A stretch of 64,000 nt of DNA, from positions 19,034,001-19,098,000 of the forward strand of contig OX597822.1 in assembly GCA_951406725.2 (NCBI GenBank). The letters are read 5' to 3'. Source of the stretch: Octopus vulgaris (Eukaryota). Numbering within the stretch: position 1 is the first letter of the stretch; each line of letters opens with the position of its first letter. Positions 48,141 through 60,900 of this stretch are shown one piece after another. Under the pieces are notes generated by a model. That model was given only the letters and a program-made list of their open reading frames with translations, was not told where the DNA came from and made no database searches. Both the position numbers and the translations under genes were made by a program.

Positions 48141-51100
48141 TATGTTTCTTTATTAGCCACACAGGGCTGCACACAGACGGGACAAATTACAAGGTAGAGC
48201 TTTTCTTTAAGGGATAAAAAAAGGGGGGGTTGGTTTTCGATCAAAAGGGATCGTAAAAGGAAAGAAAGAGGAAAGCATAAGAAAAACAAAGGGGGGAGGG
48301 TAAATAAAAATAAAAGGAAAAAGAAAAAAATCGATCAATAGGGATCGTTATCACAGAAATGTCAATATAAAGTGTAAAAGGAAAGACAGGTGAGGTTTAC
48401 CTGTGGAAAGAAAAGCCTACGGAAAAGACCACAGTAACCTCGGTCAATGAAGTCACATGTTACATTTTTTTTTTACAAATAAGTAACTATCTGTATTAAA
48501 TTCTTACCGTTCATAGGATCATACTCAAGGTGGCTTCGTCATTCATACGTGCCATCCTTGCTACATTCACCCATCTTTTTTTAAAACATTCACTAGACAA
48601 AACTTGCCTCTCTACTCTCACTTTCCTTTTCAAGTGATACTTGAAGAAGTTGATGAGAGATTGACCAGAGAGGAAAGTGTTTGTCTCTAATCCTTTCAGG
48701 CGTGTCCACCAGATACATTCTTTCGCCATAGCCACAAGTATGATAAAAATAGCTCTTCCTTCCCGTTTGAAGGAAGGAGGCATAACTATATTAACGATAG
48801 ACTCAGCTGATAAACCGACACATCCCACACGTGACAGCAGTCGTTCGACATAAGTCCACAGGTCGGAGATTGTTGGACACTGCACGATTGCATGCAGAAC
48901 AGTTTCGTCGCTCTGACCGCATCTCGGGTAGGTCAGCGTCATGTTTCTTGAGCCATGCCTATAAAGCTTATCCCGAACAGGTAGCACTGCCAGGCCAGGG
49001 ATCTCTGAAAGTTGTCCATAGGTCCCAGCCCAAAAGTCGTCTCAAAAAGGCAGGTCAGGTATTCCTCATCAACGCCCAGGTTCGCCCCCAAGATCATCGT
49101 CGTACCTCCCCTCCACTAATCCCCTATAGAATGCTTTGGTTGTGTTGAAGTCACTCAAGGTCGACCCAGGACGGCATAGTTGCTTCAGAGCAACGCAACA
49201 CTCGCGATGCCATTCGCCCTTCCTCGGTCTCTTTTTAATCCACAACTGCAGTTCAGTCATGGAGACAAGCTGCAGGAAAGCGTGCCTCACAAATGGCGAT
49301 CATACCTGTTCACCGTCGTCTACATAGAGCTGGAGATGTTGCAGTCTCAGCGTGTGTCTGCACATCATCAACCACAGCATGCCCAGCCCTCCTTTTAACG
49401 GATGTTGACAGCAAATGGATCACCTGAACATCGGGACACATCCTTTCCACAAGAAGCAGAAGAGAATGCGTTCTAGTTTGGTGATGGTAAGGTCAGGACA
49501 AGGTACGACGGTCAGGCGGTAGTAAATGATGGACCAGATGTACGTGTTCAAGATAGATCGATAGATAGATAACTTTCTTTATTGGCCATACAGGGTTGGA
49601 CACAGAGGGGACAATTACAAATGTAGAGCTTTTCTTTTCGAAGGTGGAAAAGGAAAAAGAAGAAAATAAAGGAAACAAATGTAAAATTTCGATCAAAAGG
49701 AATCGGAAGAAAAAAAAACGATCAAAAGGGATCGTGTATCTCAGAAAGAAAAAAAATTTTTTTTTTTTCAAAGTAACAAACAAGATTAGGTTCATCCATG
49801 GAAAGAAAAGCCTACAGAAAAGACCACGGTAACCTCAGGCAGGGAGAAAAAAGAACACATGAGAGCAAAGTGCTCTCTCTCTCTTTTAAGAATTACAGGA
49901 TCATGCTCAAAGTGGTTTCGTCACTTGCACACACCATCTTTGCTACATTCACCCACCTTTTTTTTGAAACTTTCATGAGACAAAACCTGCCTTTCCATTC
50001 TCAACTTTCTTTTTCAAGTGGTACTTGAAAAAGTTGATGAGCGATTGGCCAGAGAGGTAAGTGTTTGTCTCTAATCCTTTCGCTCGAGTTCACCACACAC
50101 ATTCTTTCACCATAGCCACCAGTACGATGACGACTGCCTTGCCTTCCCAGTTGAGGGAAGGGGGCGGTGCAATTCACAAGATAGACTCGGCCGACAGGCG
50201 GACTCGTCCCACACGTGACAGCAGCCATTTGGCATAAGCCTACAGGTCTGAAATGGATGGACACTGCACGAGTACGTGTAGAACAGTTTAGTCCCTCTGA
50301 CCACATCTCAGGCAAGTCGGTCCAGTGTGTCTCGAACCGTGCCTATAGAGCTTATCCCGAACAGGTAATGCTTCTCGATAGCACTGCCAGGCCAGATATC
50401 TTTGGTGATTGTCCATAGGTCCCAGCCCGAAAGCTGTCCTGAAAAGGCGGGTCAGGTGTCTCTCGTCAACACCCAGATTCTGCCCAAGAACGTCGTCGCA
50501 CCTCCCCTCCACTAATCCTCTATAGAACACCTTTGTCGTAATGAAGTCGCACAAATTTGGTCTCGGATGACAGAGTTGCTTGAGAGCAACGCGACACTCG
50601 CAGTGCCATTCGCCCAGCCTCAGTCTCTGTTTGATCCACGATTGTAGTTCGGCCAAGGAGACGAGCTGCTGGAAAGCACGTCGCACAAAAGGCGACCACA
50701 CCTGTTCACCATCGTCTATGAAGCGCCGGGGATGTCGCAGTCTCAGCGCATGTCTGCGCATCATCAACCGCAGCATGCCTAGCCCTCAATTTAGCGGGTG
50801 TTGACAGCAAATGGATCACCTAACCATCAGAATGCTTCCCTTCCACAGGAAGCAGAAGAGTATACTTCCAGTTTGGTGATGGTAGAGTTGGGACAAGGCA
50901 CGACGGTCAGGCGGTACTCGATGACAGATGCGATGTACATGTTCGCCACCTCCGCCCAACCTTTTAGGGATAGCTTCTTCTCAGCCCATTGCTGGGTGAG
51001 AGTGGCTACCCTAGTCAAAATTTCGCCCCAGTTCTTCTCCATTTGGTGGTCCGGACCGAACCAGACTCCGAGCAATTTAACCGGTCTGTCGGTCCAGTGT

Positions 51101-52892
51101 CCCACGATGGAGACGCTGTTGGACGGCATGGGCTTGCTTCTCCAGGTGCCGAGCCACAAGCCCTTTGACATTTCCCGGTTAATTTTTGCTCCGTTACCGC
51201 TTCATATGTTTTTAGTGTCTCGCCGACCAGGTCGATATGCTTGTGGCTCGACACTATGATGGTGACGTTGTCCGTGTATGCAGACAGGCTCCTCCTGCAT
51301 CCCAGCTCTCGTGGGATGCCCCTCAGCATTGCCAGTTTCCTCAGTAGTGGCTCAAGAGTCAATACATACAGAAGCGATGAGAGCGGGCATCCTTGACAAA
51401 CCAAACACATGATGTTAAAAGGTCTGGAAAGATGACCATTTACGCGAACTACCGAGCGGATGCCGCTGTATAAGGCAGCAATCCAACCGTGGAAGATGGG
51501 ACCGAAACCAGCCGCTTTAAGGATAGCCTCCAAGTAGTGATGGTCTACCCTATCGAAGGCTTTTGATTGATCCAAATTGATCAGCGCCCCACCCATGCCA
51601 GGATCCTTGACTACCCTGTCTATGATGTAGCGCATCAGATGGAGGTTGTCATGGATACTCCTACCCAGCATGGCGCACATTTTCGCCTTGTCGACTATAG
51701 ATAGATAACTTTCTTTATTGGCCATACAGGGTTGGACACAGAGGGGACAATTACAACTGTAGAGCTTTTCTTTTCGGAGGTGGAAAAGGAAAAAGAAGAA
51801 AATAAAGGAAACAAATGTAAAATTTCGATCAAAAGAAATCGGAAGAAAAAAAAACGATCAAAAGGGATCGTGTATCTCAGAAAGAAAAAAAAAAATTTTT
51901 TTTTCCAAGTAACAAACAAGATTAGGTTCATCCATGGAAAGAAAAGCCTACAGAAACCTCAGGCAGGAAGGAAAAAGAACACATGAGAGCAAAGTGCTCT
52001 CTCTCTCTTTTAAGAATTACAGGATTATGCTCAAAGTGGTTTCGTCACTCATACGCACCATCTTTGCTACATTCACCCACCTTTTTTTGAAACTTTCACA
52101 AGACAAAACCTGCCTTTCCAAGTGGTACTTGAAAAAGTTGATGAGCAATTGGCCAGAGAGGTAAGTGTTTGTCTCTAATCCTTTTGCTCGAGTCCACCAC
52201 ACACATAAGCCCACAGGTCCGAAATGGATGGACACTGCACAAGTGCGTGCAGAACGGTTTAGTCCCTCTGACCACATCTCAGGCAAGTCGGTCCAGTGTG
52301 TCTCGAACCGTGCCTGTAGAGCTTATCCCGAACAGGTAATGCTTCTCGATAGCACTGCCAGGCCAGAGATCTTTGGTGATTGTCCATAGATCCCGGCCCG
52401 AAAGTTGTCCTGAACAGGCGGGTCAGGTGTCTCTCATCGACGCCCAGATTCTGCCCGAGAACGTCGTCGCACCTCCCCTCCACTAATCCTCTATAGAACG
52501 CTTTTGTTGTAATGAAGCCGCACAGACAGACAGACAGATATGTTTCTTTATTACCCACACAGGGCTGAACACAGATGGGACAAATTACAAGGTAGAGCTT
52601 TTCTTTTGGGGATAAAAAAAAGGGGGGTTGGTTTTCGATCAAAAGAGATCATAAAAGGAAAGAAAGAGGAAAGCAAAAGAAAAAAAAGGGGGTGAAAAAT
52701 AGAAATAAAATGAAAAAGAAAAAATCGATCAATAGGGATCGTTATCACAGAAATGTCAATATAAAGTGTAAAGGGGAAGACAGGTGAGGTTTACCCATGG
52801 AAAGAAAAGCCTACGGAAAAGACCACGGTAACCTCGGTCAATGAAGTCACATGTTACATTTTTTTTACAAATAAGTAACTCTCTGTATTAAA
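48141..52892 (-). mobile_element. Head-to-tail array of four 5'-truncated Tx1/L1-clade LINE ends (A1 48141-49550, B1 49570-51696, B2 51706-52523, A2 52538-52892)
   Basis: RT motifs LDQSKAFDRVDH, QGCPLS and AYTDNV (decayed YADD), LLGVWFG, and C-terminal C-x2-C..ET..H...C. Each unit ends in AATAAAGAAA followed by a TATC/TCTG/TA microsatellite. Confidence 0.9.
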
Positions 52893-53039
52893 TTGTTGGT
52901 TGAACAGTCTCATACTATGAGTGTGATGAATGCTGCCCAGTTTGTGTCTCAAGAGCTGACCTTACATGTCACCTACGTAAATGTACTAAAAGACCTCAAT
53001 TCGAATATAACCAGTTTCTAGTAGTTAATCCATAATGCA

Positions 53040-54404
53040 ATATATGTTGTAGAGAATTTTCCAGCCAATCCGGCTGCACAAAGCACATGAAAGTACACAA
53101 TCAAGATGTTGTACAAAATGAGCTCATAATTACAACACAAAGAAATGAATGCAACCTCTGCAACAAAAAATGCAACTCACATTTTGGTGCATCAGAAAAG
53201 AACTTAAGGAAAAATTTTCTTAATTCCCACAATGCCTCATTTGTGCTTTTTACAAAAAAAATTATGGGGAGGTCCCATAAGTTAAATATTTCCATTCAAT
53301 CTGTTCCAAATAAATTTGTTATATTATTCAGTACAAAATGTAACATCACTTATCATTTCACCCTTAAAGTGCAATCTTTTTCTTGAAACACCACATGCAA
53401 TAATTGAAGATTTTTTCAACTTAGGTTTTCCAATTTCCCTCCACGTAACTGTTATCATGATATTACTGCCCAGATCCAATTGTAACTTGATATTAACATT
53501 ATTCATTTTTATGAACACATATTTTCTTTTCTGAGACTCGGTTAGATCTTTTGTTGACAATACTTTCTTGCCAGGAATTTTTTTGTTTGACCTTCTTTTT
53601 TGTTGTTTTGCTCTACAATGTGAGCTTTTATGTTTGATTTTTCCACACTCAAAATATAAGCCTCCACACCCATAGCATGGCTTGGATCTCGACATATGTT
53701 TTTCTTTTTTCTTATCCATTGTAGGTTGACACATTCACAAACATGAGCTCAACCCTTTCTTCAGCTTTATCTCTGTCATGTCTTAAATTTTTAATCCTCT
53801 GCCACTGCTTGTAGAGTTAATTTTTTGGTCCTGGGAAAGTGTAACTGCATCTTTGCTAGCAGCTAGCGCTTGAACAAAAATTAGACATTTGAACATGTCT
53901 GGGGTTAATTCATTTAATTTAAATTTTTCACATTCTCTGTTTTCCACCCACGTATGGTAACAAAATCTTCATCATCTTTTTTTATTTTTAACCAAATTTA
54001 AGCAATGCCAGCAAGTATTGAACAGGAAACTTCTTTCACTGGAAATCTTCGATAAAATGTTGTTTCATGAAAACAAATCTCACCTGATTTCTTTGGCAAA
54101 ATATAATTACAATATCCTTCAGGTTCGGCAGGGGGAACTTTCTTAAAAGTAGCCACACTTTTTTCTCATTAGTCCAATTGTTGCATTCTTCTTTGAAGAT
54201 TTCTTTGTATCTTCAAAAATATGCAAAGAAAGTAATACCTTCTTCTGGATTATAAGTGGCTGTGTGGTAAGTAGCTTTCTTAGCAACCACATGGTTCCTG
54301 GTTCAATCCCACTGCATGGCACCTTGGGGAAGTGTCTTCTACTATAGCCTCAGGCTGACCAAAATTTTGTGAGTGGATTTGGTCAACAGAAACTGAAAGA
54401 AGCT

Positions 54405-54444
<40 letters not shown>

Positions 54445-55020
54445 TTATCCCCCCAACATTGCTTGACAACTGATGCTGGTGTGTTTATATCCCCATAACT
54501 TAGCAGTTCAGGAAAAAAGACAGATAGAATAAGTACTAGATTTACAAACAACAAGTCCTGGGGTCAATTTCCTCAACTAAAGGCGGTGCTCCAGCATGGC
54601 TGCAGTCAAATGACTGAAGAAGTAAAAGAATAAACTCTCCAATCAAATAAGTCATGGCATGAACAACCCAGAAGTACTTTCAGCTTTCTTCAACATTAAT
54701 TCCAGTAACTGTTGCAGCTGCACCATACAGGCCAATAAATCCTCTATGCAAACAATTCTTTTCTTTGGTTTCGTAACAAAAAGTTCAACAATCCAATGCA
54801 AGCTTCAAATATCTTGTCACCACTTTTATATCTTTGGTTGCGGATGTATGATTTTAAGTAAGCAGGGGGTAAAGCAATGCAGTCACAAATGTAACTTCTG
54901 ACTACCAACATGCAAGACTCCAATACTTTCTTCTCTATTTCAACAAGACACGTTACTCTTTATAAAAGTTCAACGAGTCACCTTCTAATCGCATAGGGGT
55001 ATTAATATCTATCATCAAAA
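53040..55020 (-). mobile_element. Decayed Ty3/gypsy LTR retrotransposon 5' part (probable LTR, PBS, gag, protease), interrupted by a SINE
   Basis: ORF 53324-53734 has zinc-knuckle remnants (CYGCGG, CGKIKHKSSHC) and an aspartic protease motif (KLQLDLGSNIMIT). PBS-like agTGGTGACAAG on the minus strand at about 54813-54824. Confidence 0.75.
54256..54633 (+). mobile_element. tRNA-derived SINE, family 1
   Basis: gtggctgtgtggtaagtagc head through ggcggtgctccagcatggctgcagtcaaatgactgaa tail. Confidence 0.92.
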
Positions 55021-55054
55021 CACATTTCAAGCACAATGAATCACCAATCATCTT

Positions 55055-55485
55055 CTTCCTTTGTTATCTCAAATGAGAGGCTCAACATTTGAAGGTCGTT
55101 TTTCACCACTTCATCCCATGTCTTCCTGGCTCTTCCATTTCCACAGACTCCATCCACATTTAGGGATTGATACATTTTATATGGCTGTTCTCATTCATAT
55201 GCATCACATGACCATACCAATGCATTTTCTTTCAAGCACACTGCATCTGATACCTCTTATGCCCAGTTTTTCTCTCAGCACATTTACACTGACATTGCAC
55301 TTCCAGCTGAGCATACTAGTTTCATTTCTTTAAAATCTTTGCATGTCCTCTGCATTCACAGTCCATGTCTCACTACCATGTAGTATTACACTTTGTACAC
55401 AAGCATTATACAACCTACCTTTCACTCTGAGGGAGAGGCCCATTATTACCAGCAAAGGTAAATAGCTCTCTGAACTATTTCTTAT
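55055..55485 (-). mobile_element. RTE LINE fragment
   Basis: Reverse complement of the RTE 3' coding region seen at 960-1340 and 40740-40940. Confidence 0.8.
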
Positions 55486-57418
55486 GTCAAAGTATGCCTA
55501 CATCCCACATGATATCACAGCTGCCTTCCCAGCAAATTTTATTCCTTTGTTCTTTGCCTGTGAGGAAACTGACTGAGGTTTCTGCCCACCTTATTTCATG
55601 CACACAGCACACTTCTCTACACACCTCCATTCTAGCAGTTCAAAAGTCTCACCAGACCTACATTCTAATGTACTTACATTGACTGTGCCTGCTGTAAGGA
55701 AGTTGATGGGGTGACAAGAGTGAAATGGGAAAAGAATTCAACACCTGTAAAGGAAAAATTTTGCAGTGACATTTACCAGCAGGTATATCAATCCACCGAT
55801 TGGCCAGATCTGTAACTAGTTGCATTCAAAGCCAACTGGTTACAGAAAGGGCTGAAAGAGAGAAAGTTAAAAATAAAAAAGAGGATACAATTAGTGAATG
55901 ACAAAAGAAGAGAAGTTACATAACCACCTTCATTAACTTACAACTGTTTCTGCTATGAAAAAACATTGCACTCATAACAAAGTGCTTGTGCTAGTTTGGA
56001 GTGATGAAAATTGTGTGTATGTATATATGCATGTATAATATACATACATATATCTATATACATGTACTATATATATACAAACACACACGTGTGTGTGCCT
56101 ATTTCATGAAACATTAGGTCAATTGATGAACAAAAAGATCTTATTTCTTTGCTTCAGTGTTCATAGTTGTAAATAAGTGACATAAGGAGACACTGCTCAC
56201 TGCTGTAAGCATCAATGCCACTTCATAACTGTTTTAAGGTTTTGTCAGTGCTTAATACAAATACTGTTTATAAATACTGAAAGAGTCTACGGATGCCTTC
56301 AAAAGTAATATTGTTCATTCTACAAGACATACTAAGTACATTGTTAAACTATTAAGCATTATTTTTTTTAGATTGAAATTAGTTAAGTAGGAAGAAAATA
56401 GCCTTGAGAAAGGCAGTGTCAGACTTGCTAGAATGCATCTTGTATTCAAATGATACTCCTGGCATTTTCTTTAAATTCTGCTCTAAAACTGTATTTTATG
56501 ATTAAGCAGACGGTTCAGTCTACTGCATTGTTATGGGCTTTCTTTTTGAAGAATATTATTTGCAACAGACTTGTACACTGTGCATGAAGAACATTTTATC
56601 TCTCATCTACTTAATGCTGCAAAAACGAAAATTTAATATGAATCTTTGTAACTCATAGAAAGATTAAGAAGATTTCTTTCTTGCTCCCTCGTTTTTATTT
56701 TTTTTTCTTCTCTTCAAATATATAGTTTCTAGCATCTGAAAGAATGATTTGATGCCAAATGGCAGAACTTTCTGATGAGGAATAACGAGCTGTTAGAATA
56801 ATGTTTTAACCTTTAAACCTGCACACATCTTGATATTTAACTTACAGCTATTATATATAAAGTTTAAAAGAATACAGTGCCAAAGAATCAAAGCATAGGA
56901 GATTATTTCATTGAAATTTTTCTCTTACATAAACAGATACTCCTTTAATATCTCTCGTTTTTTTCTCAACACTAACTCTGTTTGAATGTCTCCAAGATAT
57001 TGTTGATATTTGCACCGTTTTACATCATGTCTTTAAAAGTCATGTATGTAATATATATAAAAAAAGAACTAGTTTCATGTTTAAGCATGTTATTATACAC
57101 GACAACAGTCAGACAAGTTAATAAAGTAACCAATGTTCCCAGAAAATCTCTTCAGGTTATTTATTTGCTCCACATATAGAAACACATTTCGATGCTTGGC
57201 TCTATTTCAAGCAAAAGATTTGAGAAACTTTACATCCAGTATGCCATCAACTTCCATCTTACACATTCAAATTTCATGATCAACTTTTACCAATTGAACT
57301 GGCTTCTTATCCTCTAATAGTCATAAAGTTATAATTTACATACATTAGGATTAACAAAATATACATTAGGATGTATACAGTCATTGGCTAAACTGGCAAA
57401 ATGACCATTCCGAAATAT

Positions 57419-57459
<41 letters not shown>

Positions 57460-57479
57460 TTATAAAAAAAGAAGTTTGA

Positions 57480-57909
57480 AAACGCCACTATATAAGATAA
57501 ATTTTAATTTTCTTAGAAATTTTACATGTTTCGGTTGTTCTTGAAAAAACGAACATTATTAAAAATATTTTTAAAATTTAAGTGTAATAAAAAAGTTCAT
57601 AAGTTTCTTACTAGTCTCAACAGAATCCACGTGGTGGTTTTTTGATTTGGAGTGCATAATAGCTGTCTTGTGTGTTGACTAAAGTTGGGAAATGACCAAT
57701 GGCCAAAATAGCAGTAACAGTAGTGACTGTTGGTCGTAGTAGTACTAACCATGGTGGTGGTGGTGGTTGGAGTTGCAGCAGTTCATTGGCTGTAGTAGTA
57801 GCAGCAGCAGTGGATGGAGTTGTGGTAGCAGTTCATTGGCTGTAGTGGTAGCAGTAGCAGCAGTGGAAGACCATTGATCGTAGTAGTAATAGTAGTGACC
57901 GTGGTGGTT

Positions 57910-57949
<40 letters not shown>

Positions 57950-58620
57950 AGGTGGTGATGGTGGTGGTGATCGTAGTGGTAGTGGTAGAATACCATTTAT
58001 CTTTTCGGAAGACCAATATATTGTTTTAATGTTCCTGGCCCAGGGTGTTTAAACTTGGTCCGAAGTTTATAATGAAATAGAGTTCTTTATTTTGAAATTG
58101 AGTGAAGGTTATGTCGTTACTGAATTGGTAAAGAGGGAAAGTTGTGAATTTGGGATTTTTATTTGAAGCGCATCTATTTATGTGGCCACTGACAGGTATT
58201 TTCCTGTATTCAGGATTCCTAATTTGGGAATTATGTACTGCCATCCTTTTTCGTAGGCTATTTTTTGTATGGCCTATATATTGCCTATTGCACCCTGCGC
58301 ATGTTAACACATAAATTAACTTTTCTGATGCACAGGTGAAGTTTGTTCTGATGGTAAAATGATGGCCTTGTTTTAATGTGTATTCTGAACCTTCTACTAA
58401 GATGACACAGATTCCGTAGTTGGGCTTTCCACACTTTTTAACTGCTGATTTTGTGGTTGTTGTTGGGTGCAGTTTAGCTTGGGTTCTTCTTCTGGTTCTT
58501 CCAGGATGGGTTTTATTTGTAATTTGCGAGGTGCGATTAGGGGTGTTGAGTTAAGCCACTTTTGGTAAATCTCTGCTGTATTCTGATTTTGTATCATTTT
58601 CCAAAATGCGAATTTTCTGT
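57480..58620 (-). mobile_element. Penelope-like element fragment (GIY-YIG, (CTA)n-rich 3' region, degenerate hammerhead)
   Basis: NFTCASEKLIYVLTCAGCNRQYIGHTKNSLRKRMAVHNSQIRNPEYRKIPVSGHINRC..ELYFIINFGPSLN ending at 58026, similar to the 31642 ORF. Downstream on the minus strand ggatt-CTGtTGA ... GAAAC-AT-GTA-aaatt (57518-57628). Confidence 0.85.
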
Positions 58621-58687
58621 GTACACATATGCATATATATATGTATATATACATACATGTATGTATGTATATATATATATACATACA

Positions 58688-58858
58688 TTATCATTATCGT
58701 TTAACGTCCGCTTTCCATGCTAGCATGGATTGGACAATATTGACTGAGGGCTGGCGAACTAGATGGCTGCACCAGGCTCCAATCTTGATCTGGTTGAGTT
58801 TCTACAGCTCGAAGCCCTTCCTAATGCCACCCACTCCGAGAGTGTAGTGGGTGCTTTT
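58688..58858 (-). mobile_element. RTE-tailed SINE 3' part
   Basis: cgtttaacgtccgctttccatgctagcatgg .. ccactccgagagtgtagtgggtgcttttta. Confidence 0.85.
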
Positions 58859-58859
58859 T

Positions 58860-58909
<50 letters not shown>

Positions 58910-59085
58910 AGTGAATTGAATTTATCCGCACCAAATTCAATTATCCGCACCAACGCACGGTTGCAACACCATATGGTTGTACCTCCAACCGTGCTGTCTT
59001 CTGCTGTGATTTTTGCTACCAAGGTATCAGTTAAACTTTTGATTAATCTGCCACAAGATTATTCATCTTTCTATTTCACCAAATA

Positions 59086-59086
<1 letters not shown>

Positions 59087-59129
<43 letters not shown>

Positions 59130-59500
59130 TCAACTTGTGTGTCTGTGTGTGTATCTGTATGTGTGTCTGTGTGTTTAACTTCCTGGCACATCTCCTCCTA
59201 GCCAACAAATCATAGAACCACCAAAAATGGGCCACTTAAAGTTTAGGCGAATGAAAATTGAACTGCGCTATTCTGTTCCGAAATTTGTCTTGCAAGTGCA
59301 AAACTCGATAATGTATTTGTTTAGGCCTTATCCCATGCATTGAATAGTGAACTTTACTCAGTCAGCTGTTTGACGTGAACTGTGTTCACCACGCATGCAT
59401 AAATTGCATGAAAATTAAAAAATCAAGATATAAAAACGAATCGCCGTAAACATTGTAGAAATTAGGCAAAGAAATGAATTTTCGGGTTGTAGCCTCGAGG
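59087..59500 (+). mobile_element. 5' part of a Helitron-like non-autonomous element
   Basis: a-TC(TA)n-aaactcaacttgtgtgtctgtgtg start resembles the 5' ends at 8408 (minus) and 8590; no CTAG end found. Confidence 0.45.
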
Positions 59501-59528
59501 GTTTTTTCGTATTAATATATATATATAT

Positions 59529-60427
59529 TGTTATGGTTCGGCTGGTGCAGTATTTCTTGACCCACTTTGTTGGGAGTGGCGCCTGCAAGTCTGGAATAAA
59601 AAGCTACAGCCCTTTGTTTACTGGAAGGAGGGACCTTTGGCCTTGTGCCGGTCGATTAGGAGTCAGAAAGATGTGAGGGCCGAGGAAGATAGAGTAAGGA
59701 AGAATCTAGTGACAGTGAAGAAGAGGAAGAAGGAAGTAGTGAGAAAGACAGAGTAAGGGATCTGAGAGCTGTCATGAGAGAATGACAGCAGCAGCACCGA
59801 TAGAGATAGGCAGATAGGGCTGAGAGCAGATAGAGAGGATATTAGTGTGCAGAGACAGATTGAGGGTAGTGATAAAGAACAGTCGGTATTCGGTCGTCAA
59901 AGCGAGCAGTCGGTTTTTGGGAGTCGAGGCGAGCAGTTGGAATTTAAGGATTCGGCGGTCTTGGAGTATTGGGACAGAGAGAGATATGTACAGAGGAATA
60001 GGTGGCGATGGAGATGAAGTACAATATGAGGCGTTGGCTAATGTAAGGTACGTGAATTGTGTATTGATATGTGAAGAAAAAGAAGGACAAGGAATTGATG
60101 TATTGAACAGTGAAAAGAACTATGTGAATTGTGTAAAGACATTGTGTACAGTGTTGTGATTTGAACATTGTATAATGAACATTGAACTGTTAGGCCTGTA
60201 ATGTCCTTTGAACTGTATATGACTTGTTGATGTGTTTTGAAAAAGAACTGTGTCTTCGGACGTGTACCTTTGAAATGCTGATGTATTGAACTTGATGTGT
60301 TGTATACCTGTATTGATTTGTTGTTTCCTTTAAATGCTTTGATCTGTGGTATACCTGTATGATGTATTGAGTTATCACGTGCATGTCCTCTTTTAAATGT
60401 ATCTGAAATGTATTTGATGTTGTAACA
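59529..60427. mobile_element. Putative solo LTR
   Basis: Begins TGTTA and ends TAACA (TG..CA with a 5-bp inverted repeat). Composition differs from the flanks. No clean target duplication. Confidence 0.4.
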
Positions 60428-60679
60428 ATTGATTGTCATATAAACTAGTTGTTAAATGTAAGCCAGTTGTGCCGTGCCTCTCGGTTGCCTCTCTATCTCT
60501 CTGTGCTGCTGCTGCTGTTGTTGATGTTGTAGTAGTGCCTTTTTTCAATGAAAATCCGTATTTTTTAGGATGTTCTGACTGCTGTGTCGCCATTTTTCGG
60601 TGTATTTCACTTAAAGAGAATAACAAACTACATACTGCCAAATTTTTACTTTTCAAAAATTCCAATTCTAAAGGGTCTA

Positions 60680-60859
60680 AACATACATACATATGCACAC
60701 ACACATACATAAACATACATACACATACACACAGATACACACACACATACACACACACACACACACAGACATAAACACATACATACACACACATACAAAG
60801 ACATACACAAACACACATACACACAGACACACACATACACATACACACACATATACACA

Positions 60860-60900
<41 letters not shown>

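Noticed and set aside
56770-56920. CTGATGAGG as a hammerhead core
   Set aside because: No convincing stem II partner or GAAA-N-UH arrangement found.
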